Positions 29,060 through 41,877 of a stretch of 64,000 bases of DNA are shown piece after piece (within the stretch, counting starts at the first letter, position 1; every line of letters begins with the position of its first letter). A program made the translations under genes and the position numbers. The stretch comes from Chrysomallon squamiferum (taxonomy: Eukaryota > Animalia > Mollusca): positions 13,330,001 through 13,394,000 of the forward strand of contig CM022666.1 of the NCBI GenBank assembly GCA_012295275.1. The letters run 5' to 3'. Below the pieces are notes generated by a model. It was not told the DNA's origin. It saw only the letters and a program-made list of their open reading frames with translations, and searched no databases.

Positions 29060-29460
29060 ATCACAGCGGATGTGGGTATGAGTACATTTGACGTCACAAA
29101 TTCTCATTCGGGACCTTTTAGATCTATCAGCTGTCAGTGAGAAAGAAAAACAAGAAACTGCGTTTGATATTTCTTGATGTTTCGGACTGTTAACTCATGA
29201 GACTCAAATAAAATATACATAGAAATTAAATCTTATGGTTTTCAAATGTGAGCTTATATTTCGAATTATTTTTAGAAGTCTGAATTTAACGGGAGGAGCA
29301 AGCAAGTAATCAACCAGTTACCCAGTTAATGGCTATAACGGGATTGCCCTCATTCCATATAAGGACATTTGCCCTGCAGAAATCAAAAAGAAGTACTTGT
29401 CAATCAAAATGAATACTAACCAGCAAAGGACCAATGGGCGGGTAAAAATGACCTTGTGAC
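29060..29460 (-). promoter_or_regulatory. Putative YAP proximal promoter
   Basis: Lies 400-770 bp upstream of the ATG. Contains a perfect CRE TGACGTCA (29089-96), CATTCC TEAD-like site (~29351), CCAAT (29431-35) abutting GGGCGG (29436-41) and a nuclear-receptor half-site TGACCTTG (29449-56). Motif matches only. Confidence 0.45.
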
Positions 29461-31253
29461 AAGTTTTGACGGATAATTATTTATAAAGAGGATTTTCAGT
29501 CGCTGAAATTATAAAATAATTATAATAGTAGACATAATTATAATGAGTGTTTTTTATCAACTTATTTATAAAGTTATATATTAAAAAATCAAGATTTAAT
29601 TACTTAATGCATTCAGAATGATACTGTTAAATGTATATAATAAGAAATTATTTTAATTACGTTTTTGTTCAAATAATAATTTCACTGAAAATACATTTTC
29701 TGTGCATGTATGTGATTATGTTTCCACGTACACAGATTACTAACTACAAATAAGTAAAATATATATGCATTTATTTTTTTTTTTTTTTTAAATTATTAAA
29801 GAATTTCTAATTCATTACAATATGGACTTAACAGTATCATTTCAAATGTATCATAGCAAAAGTATTGTAGTAGCAGCAAAAGTGGAGGTTGTGGTAGCAG
29901 TAACAGCAACAGCAGTAGTAGTAGTAGCAGCAATAATAACAGTAGTAGTAGTATCAGCAATAATAACAGTAGTAGTAGAGACTGTATTACTTATTAAGTC
30001 AAGACAATTATTTAAAAATAAATGCGCAAACGTGTTTAAAAACGTACGTTCACACAATTCAGCTATCCCAGCCACTCCCCTCATTACTGGCCCTGCTGAA
30101 AATACATCCGCTGACAGACGACAACAAGAGAAGGTTCCAGAATTTCAGTAAAAGAGGTCATCAAATAAATACGATGAAAACAAAGACAGAATAGTTTCAT
30201 TAGAAAAAGAAAAAAAGAAAAGAAATACACCAGAGAAGAAAAATGTTTAGAACTACAAATCGTCTCGAACACCCCACCCCAAATCAACAAATCAGACCCT
30301 TAACACTAACACCATTTATAAATTTATAATTCAAAAAAAAAAAAAAATGCCTTCTAATGAGCTTTATATTTAAATTTTAAATATGTTAACGTGTCATAGG
30401 TTTTGATAAATAACCAGGATCATGAAATTAACATTTCCTCGTGTAAATTTAAAAGTACCTGTCTATTACTGGGTGGATAATAATTGGAGATAACGTTTTT
30501 TGAGTCGCCTACGCCATTTCTTTTTATCGTCTTCTGCTTTTCTTATTATCATTATTTTAATTTTATTTTTTTATTAATATTTATTATTTTTAAAAAAAAA
30601 TGTATTTTTTTATTTTTTTTTTTTTTTTTTTTTTTTAATTATTATTTATCTTCTCTTTTTTTTTTTTTTTTTTTTTAATGACAATTATAGGGACAGGCTG
30701 ACGCAAAAAGGGTACAAATTCATGAAACCTTTTCATAGTGGTTTATAAAAATGAAAATCCTTTTTGAAATAAAGCTCAAAAATAATAATATGACTTAAAA
30801 TGTTTTATTTTTTTTTTCCAAACTGCATCAGAAGCTTATTAATATCAATCTTTTTAGTTAATATAAAAAAAAAAAAAAAAAAAAAAAAAATTATGACAAA
30901 GCAAAAAGGCTCTTTGTATACAGGAACCATCCTATTTTTATACTCGAAAGTTAAAACGATGAGTCTAAAAATATATAAATACAAAGATCCTTTAAAATAA
31001 AAATGAAATAATGATAATAAATAATATTAAATAATAACAAAAAATTTTCCTCATTTAAAAATAAATGAATTAAAATGTCGACAAATTTTATTAACGGTGA
31101 TGATAAAAAAATTTCAAACTTTAGATAATTCATTTAGAAATAAATTAATAAACACATATAAATGCTACAAATAGATGGATAGATATACGACCTAATATAC
31201 CATAATCGAAAAAGAGGAAAACAATTAAGAGTGACAGACAAAAAACGCTATGT

Positions 31254-31286
<33 letters not shown>

Positions 31287-32539
31287 TATATAAGGTCGTG
31301 ATTTTATTGTTTTTATTAGTAGTATTTTGTGTTTGAAGGGGTGGGTGGGGCTGTCAAAAATATACAATGCATTCTCCCCTGCAATTTCCATCGACGCTAT
31401 TGTTGTTCGGTTGTGGCTCATTTTTATCGTACTTTTATATCAGATTCAATTTATGCGTTCCTTTCACGAGCATAACCTTTGAACTGGCGCGAGACCTCTG
31501 ACTGTATGCTGTTGTTGATAATAAATGTTTAAAACAAATGTCGAGGTATTTGTGTTCAGTACCTATAAGTGTAACCTTGACAGCGCAAGTTTCTCAGAAA
31601 CAAAATAAATGATGAATAATAAATTATTATTACTCAAAACCATTAATCTTGTGATTTGAACAGTCGTATTGAATTTCATCTATTATGTTTCAAATTTTAA
31701 TTATTGTCTTTGTTTCTTTATTTTTATTTTTTTATTATTTTTTTTTTTTTTTTATTGTTTTTTTTTTTTTTTTTTTTTTATTATCATTATCATTATTATT
31801 ATTATTTTTTTTTTTTTGCTTTTGTTTTCTTTATTGTCTTTTTTAATTTTTCTTTCTCGTTAAACAAAAAAAATAAAACAGAATAAATATTTGTTCAAGA
31901 AATTGAAGAAAAAAAAAACTGATAACTATATTCATCTAATCTACTATTACTCTCAAAACCACTAAAATAAAATAAAATAAAATATATAAATTAATTAAAT
32001 AATTCCATACAATAATTCTAACAAACATATTTTTGACCTTCAAAAAAGGACTAAATTCTTATAAATAGAAATTATACAAGTTTATTGAAGTAACTAATTA
32101 GATACGTGTAGGTGTGCGTTTGCGTGTGCGTTTGCATGTACGTATGTTCGCTGTTTTATTTGCATTTACAAAAAACCATCTCATATATCTAATAAAATCT
32201 AATAAAACTTGACACGTGGACCTCAAATAATAAAGCAGTTTTTAGAAGAATAAAATGAATGAAAGAAAGAAAAGAAAAATGAAATCTCCCGTTCTCAAAA
32301 TGGTTGATTGTTATATCTGTTATTACTACCACCCATGCTTTGTTATCGTTTTGTGTACAATACAAATTTAGAATGGGCGCGTTGTGATGTATTACGAGAC
32401 ACGCCCTATAAATTTGATTGGCTAAAATCTGTTTTTATGTTAATTTCTATAGCCTACGTAATAGCTGATACTGTGTGAATTACGTGGGAAGCGTCTCAGA
32501 TAAATTTAGATTTCGACTGATAATTTACAATCTTTATTA

Positions 32540-32577
<38 letters not shown>

Positions 32578-33153
32578 GTTGTTGTTGTTGTTGTTGTTAT
32601 TGCTGCTGTTGATGTTACTGTTGTTGTTGTTGCTGTTGTTATTACTTTGATATTATTGTTACCTGAAATAAAAGTTTGGTTTGTTTATTAAACCGCTATA
32701 AAAAACATATACGAAATATGTCATCGAATACACATGCATACAACCCACACATAAACATGTGAACATATCATTTTCACATTTATAAACTTTATAACGTCAA
32801 ACCTCATACATAAAATACATTTATAAAACAACTTATTCAGAGTAATAATTTAATTTTTTATTAAAATATATATATATATATATATTTCACTGAATTTCAT
32901 TACATAATTTTTCGTGTTTATTGTTTCTTAGCCTTTTTATTTATTTATTTGTTTTATTTTATTTTATTTATTTTTATCTAATATTTGTTTGTTTGTTTGT
33001 TTTTTTGCTTATTTGCTTGTTTGTTTGTTTAAAATAAATATTTAAAGTTCAGACTGTTGAGGAAAACAAAATCATCTTCATACTTTACTAATAAACTAAC
33101 AGCAGAACTCAGAGGCAATTCAACAATTTTAGAAAGGAGGCAATACAGTAGCA

Positions 33154-33184
<31 letters not shown>

Positions 33185-33677
33185 CACTTAAAGATAAAGT
33201 TAATTTTATTACATAGAAAAATGCATCAGCAAAACTAACAAACAAACAAAAAATAAACAATTAAATTAATTCATTCATTCATTAATAACTAACTAAAATT
33301 AAAATTAAAATTAAAATTAAAAAAATAATAATATTCAGAAAAAAAAAAAAAAAAAGAAAAAAAAAAATAATTAAAAAAATAATTAAAATAAATAAATTAA
33401 TTAATTAAAATAATAAATAAACACATAAAAAGGGCCGTGGTCTTGTTTAGATAATGTAAACATCAGTTGTCCCTGAAGATGTGTAGTAAATAATACGTAA
33501 GCAGTAGTAAGTAATATCTGGTACCTAACACTTGTGTTCGAGTGTCACTTGATAAATAACACTTTGAATCTTCATTATATATCCGCACTTGGAGCCCTCA
33601 TTTCCCTGTGAAGCAGATGAAACGAGTTACGAGATAAGGATGCGCGTGCAAAAACCCGGATCTTCAAAAGTGTGCTC

Positions 33678-33678
<1 letters not shown>

Positions 33679-33751
<73 letters not shown>

Positions 33752-33880
33752 GTATGAAAAGAATATCTTCAAGGCTGAATTAAAGTAAACTGAAATCCTG
33801 TTATTATGTTATATTGGTATTTCTGTTACTTTCATGCAAAAACCTAACAGAATTCCTAGACTGAAAATGTCACAAAACAA
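33679..33880 (+). repeat. (AG)n followed by a dispersed repeat, copy 1
   Basis: gctgaattaaagtaaactgaaatcc...tatttctgttactttcatgcaaaa...aaatgtcacaaaac is similar to 38592-38700; both copies follow an (AG)n tract. Confidence 0.75.
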
Positions 33881-34066
33881 ATGTAGATTTGGTTATTTTT
33901 TCGATATTTATGACAAAAATCACTCTTGTTCTTTTTAGTGCGAACATCAAACACCAAGGGTTTTTGTTTATAAAAATATTATATACGACATCATATACAC
34001 GTCATCATAAACCATAAACAGGTCTAGCAAGTTACCGAAATTTCGTGGAATCTGATTCAAACCCGT

Positions 34067-34109
<43 letters not shown>

Positions 34110-34664
34110 AATATTAATTGTTATCTATCACAATAATCAAGGCTTTTGTTGTGCAATTCGCGGAACCGCCCGAAAAATGTCACGATTTCTGGTGGGTGGA
34201 AATAAATAAAACTGTCATTTTCTTCGGGTATATTTATAATAATAGCTAGGACTTGAGTAAATAATGTGAGTCATTTGTCTTTGTGTAGTAGAAGCAGTAG
34301 AACTATTATTATTATTAGTAGTAGTAGTATAATAATAAAAAACAATAATAATTTTAATCATAATCATAATTTAATCAATAAGGATAACGACGCCGATGAC
34401 CATGATAAATGACGAGGACGTTGATGATAACAATAATAAACAATAATCGCAATTATCACATAAACAACGTCAATCGACATCACGATCACAACAACATCAG
34501 CAAAAATGGACAAACACAACAGACTTTAATCTTCCGGATTCGTTATCGTAGAGAGTAGAACAGTTAAAAGGAAACAATTACAGTAAAATCGGATTTCAAA
34601 TATGAACTACGGGACTGTGAGTCATTAGCAAAGAAAGCAGATTTTAAATACACACGAGCCATAT

Positions 34665-35435
<771 letters not shown>

Positions 35436-35533
35436 ATCATCTAGATATCTGTCTGTCTGTCTATCTCTCTCTCTCTCTTCTATCCATCTCTCTCTCTTGT
35501 CTTTCTCAAAATAAATCATATCTGCCTGTATGA

Positions 35534-35566
<33 letters not shown>

Positions 35567-35658
35567 ATATCTAAATAATTTTATCTCTAACTCTGGCTTC
35601 TTCCACAGAATAAAGCATTTATTTTATTTTATTTTATTTTATTTTATTTTATTTTATT

Positions 35659-35689
<31 letters not shown>

Positions 35690-36107
35690 TTTTATTTATT
35701 TATTATTAATGGATTTTGGTGGGATTTTTAATAAAAAAAAGGAATGAGAAGATTAAATACTTTTTTTTTTTTTTTTACCTAAACATTTTCTTATTACCAT
35801 AAATTAAATTTTAATATGTTTTTATGCTGGTATTTAGAAATAAGTAAATAATAATCACGACGATAAGAAAATAATTCCATTTTCTTACATTCGTGTACAC
35901 CACCTACCCGTACTAACATCCGGGTTAACCGGTAGTCAGAAAGAATGATTTAGTAACAGGCGTTAACTATAATGTTTTTAAGGGCGGGTCCACAACTTTT
36001 CAAATGCGGGGGAGGGTCCATCTCTTTCAAAATGAAATAATGTTTTATTATAAGAGAAAACAAAATATATAAAATAAATATAAACAAAACGTCACGTTAA
36101 ACAAAAC

Positions 36108-36184
<77 letters not shown>

Positions 36185-36564
36185 AAAAAGGGGGGAGACC
36201 GCCTCCTTCCCACCCTTCGTTCCTGTAGGATTTCTATTAGGATTATGTTTCTCCTCGTTGTTTTTTGCTATGGAAATTCGCCATATTAATTTTGAAATAA
36301 CATTAACTCTGACGTCCTTCCTGTTCTTTGATCTTTGGCAAAACGCCAACAGCGTCTTAGCGGGACATTTATATTTATTGTGTGTTATTGCTGAAAACAG
36401 ACGACAGCCAAAAACAGAAATAAATTATTAGAAATAATAACGTCATTGGTTTTATTTGTTTTGCAGAATTACTTTCTTTCTTTCTTTCTTTCTTTCTCAT
36501 TGTTTTTATTTTTATTTTTTATTTTATCAGTTCTTGAAAACTTTCGAAACAAATTTTATTTTCA

Positions 36565-38283
<1,719 letters not shown>

Positions 38284-38530
38284 GTAATAATAACAATACA
38301 CAATTTTTATATACATGCGTGCATATACACAAACCCACACGCATGCACACATGTAGAGAAAGGGGAGAATAAAGACAAAAACTCACAGAGGGATGTCCAC
38401 ATAGTTATTTCAATAATGATAACAATAAACAATACACAGACACACAGACACAGACACATACACATATATATACACAAACATACTTACGTACATGCATACA
38501 GACATACACACAGACACGTACGCATTCATT

Positions 38531-38578
<48 letters not shown>

Positions 38579-38700
38579 AAAGATCGTACAACGCTGAATT
38601 AAAGAAAACTGAAATCCAATTATTACGTTATATTTGTATTTCTGTTACTTTCAAGCAAAAAACAGAACATGAAATCCTACGATTGCAAATGTCATAAAAC
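38531..38700 (+). repeat. (AG)n followed by a dispersed repeat, copy 2
   Basis: gctgaattaaagaaaactgaaatcc...tatttctgttactttcaagcaaaa...aaatgtcataaaac; homologous to 33774-33880. Confidence 0.75.
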
Positions 38701-41250
38701 CCAAAAGATCGTTTGACTCACAGTTCTGAAAATAATTTATGCATGAGCTAAAACTTTTACGGTAACTTTTTTTTTTAATGATAGACTGCAACTTAAATAC
38801 AAACATTTTGTTAGCAGTCATTTGTGATTGTCTTAGGCATCAGTATAAACGAAAATCCGGTTTTATAGTCGACATCAAATTTTAAAAAAATAAAAAAATT
38901 TAAAATTGTTGACAACAAATTACAAAGGCGGACACTGAAATTTGACAACTAATGGGACTTAAATGACTTTGTTGTTTTTTCCTATTTGTATACAAAATGT
39001 GCACTGGCCGAGAGCAGAGTACAGAAACAGATATGACTAAATGGTTTATATCCTGAATCGTGAAAACATCATAACATTAGTTTTATCTTAACATTTTTCA
39101 ACACAACAGTTCCTTAATTCATCTGCTGATCTGTTCATGTGATAATTAAGATAAATAGCATTCACGAATTAACTGAATTACATTGTTATCAGTAAATTAT
39201 AAACTATTATTTATTTATTTATTTATTTATTATTATTTTTTTTTTTTTTTTTTAAAGTGTACATGTGAACATAAAAAAAAAAAAAAAATTATTTAACTCC
39301 AACTCATAATTCTAATTATTATTCTGTTATTCCGAGCGTCTTACATTACCTCATAAGAAAATATTAAAATAGTAAATTAGTTTACTACCAAAAATTTAAC
39401 ATTGCCAATTTAGCCTTTCCGAACTTGGAATGATGACATCCTTGTGTAAAGAGCTGACTGATACCTGCACTTTTCTGACAGCTTTTAGATTCAGATCGAT
39501 CAATCTCATACGTAATGACGTCATTACATCAGAAACATGGCGACACTCATATATTTAAAAAACTGAAATAATTTTTTTTTTTGTGTGTGTGTGTGTTATA
39601 TTTGTTTATTAATAAAATTGGATAAACAGCAAAAATAAAACAATTTTTTTTTTTTTTTTTTTTTTACTCAGCTTGGAGGTATGAAGAACATGTTTAGATT
39701 ATTTCATTCTATTACCAATGGTATATTTTCATTTTTTTTTTTTTTTTTTTTTTATTTTTTTTTTTTCATCTTAACTAGGCATGAGAAAGAAAGAAAGAAA
39801 AATTATCTGGTAGAGCAAGATAATTTGACGTTTGTTGTTGCCTTTTGTTGTTTTTTTGAAAATACAAACACCATTTTTATCAGCTTCGTTACCTAGCTTT
39901 CCGATTACGTTATGAAAGACAACAGTGGGTTTGTCCCCTCATTTTGAAATGCATCTAGAAATTTATAAAAGGTCAACGTTCACAGTAATCAATCAATCGT
40001 TTCACTTATATAACTCTTAGCCTAAGTGCTTGATCCAGACGAAATACGAAAGCGTGCCTGAGTGGAATGTAGGCCTACATCTTATTTTTAAAAGATGATG
40101 TAAGCTAAAAATATTACTTGCCGATTTTGTTTGGTCTTGTTTTGTAGAGGTGGTTTTTTTTGTTTTTTTTTCCCAAAAAAATTAAGTGACTAAGTTCCTA
40201 AATGATTTACTACTATCCAACAAACTAATAAATAAATAAATAAATAAATAAATAAAAACGACAAAGTAAAATTTGTTCAAATTTAAGTCGATTTTTGCAG
40301 TAAGTATATAACTGTTATCTTTACTATCTAGAAGATGTAAAGTTTGAGTACTACGTCACAACTTAACCTACTATAATACCCTTTTGATATTGCCACACCT
40401 AGCTTTCGCAATCTGTACATAAATGTCAGGCTCGAGATAAAAGGTCAGAAATCTGCGGACGCATAGTGTCACGTGACAGGATGTTTTGTATCATTCATAA
40501 ATGGCGGATCCAGTGTGGTCTGTTTACCTACATCCGCCATTAAAGTCATCTTTTAAAGATGGCATTTAAACAAAATAACAATAGCATATAAAAACACGTG
40601 CGTGCTGTTTCTCCTCTTCTTTTTTTTTTCAGTCTTTCTTTTACTTTTTTTTTTTTTTACTTTTCTTTTCTTTTTGCCTTTATTTTTTTACCATTCACTT
40701 ATTATCTTTTATTTTAATATATATATATATTATTATTATTATTATTTATTGTTAAAAAGTGAGGCAATAATAATTATGGTGTTAAAAGTATCCAATCAAT
40801 AATACCCTGAGGTTCTTTTCTTTATAATGTTATTTGTGGGTCGTATTGTTTTAATTTTTTTATTTACTTATTTATTTATTTTTTACAGTTCCAACAATAT
40901 TTATAAAACTGGAAATATTTATATTTCAACACAAGCGACACAAACAGTGATCTCGCTATCTTTGACAGTTCAGTTTTTGTATATTGAGCATACTCGCGGT
41001 GTATAGAGGAAAATTAGGGTAAAAATAAATTAAAATAAATTAAAATAAATTAAAATTATTATCACAATACTGCTTCGGTTATTTATTTGTGTATTAATTT
41101 TATTATTATTATAATTATTCACAATTTTAATTAGGAGATTTATAACACGTAAATTTGAAACTTGTTTTTCGCGTTCTTTCACTGTTGCAAGGGGAATAAC
41201 TCTAATCTATATCAGGTCAGTCAATAGGTTTGGTAAACCGGGAAATTAAG

Positions 41251-41821
41251 ATGACTTCTTACAAATCCGTAACCCATGTTATATTTGATATGGATGGTCT
41301 GCTTCTTGGTAAAATAAAAATTAATTTTATTAATATATTATTTGCTTGTTTTTGTTTTTCATTATAATTAAACATATTTTAACTCGAATTAAGATACACC
41401 CTCCCTTGTTCCTGATTCACTATCCGCAGCGTTTTAAGTGTACGCACACGTACATAAATACAGGCACGTTTGTACATATACGCATGTACAAACAAATAAA
41501 TGTTTACCCACCAAACAACAGTTGATAAAAATGCATTATACAATTCATAAACAATTTATATTTATATTTTTATATAATAAATAAAGTTGTATAAATGGTG
41601 AGTAGGCCACCGTTTGTGGTTTTATTTCGTTTCAGACTCGGAGCGGTTGTACGCTCAAGCAGCAGCAAATGTAGTTTCTGCTTTTGGTAAATCGTATACT
41701 TGGGAGGTTCAAGAAAAGGAAATGGGGTGCAAGTTGTTGGTAGCTGCACAAATTGTTATAGGTAAACTGCCAGGAAACAGCTGTTATTTTAAAGTATACC
41801 TTTGGTGGTACAAATAGCCAC

Positions 41822-41877
<56 letters not shown>

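Noticed and set aside
29822-30151. 109-aa Val/Ala-rich ORF upstream of YAP
   Set aside because: It is built on GTA/GCA trinucleotide repeats, with no homology or splice evidence.
32364-32416. Imperfect hairpin (aaattta..gggcg..cgccc..taaattt) as a possible pre-miRNA
   Set aside because: The stem is short and bulged and shows no recognisable mature miRNA; it is more likely a transposon remnant.
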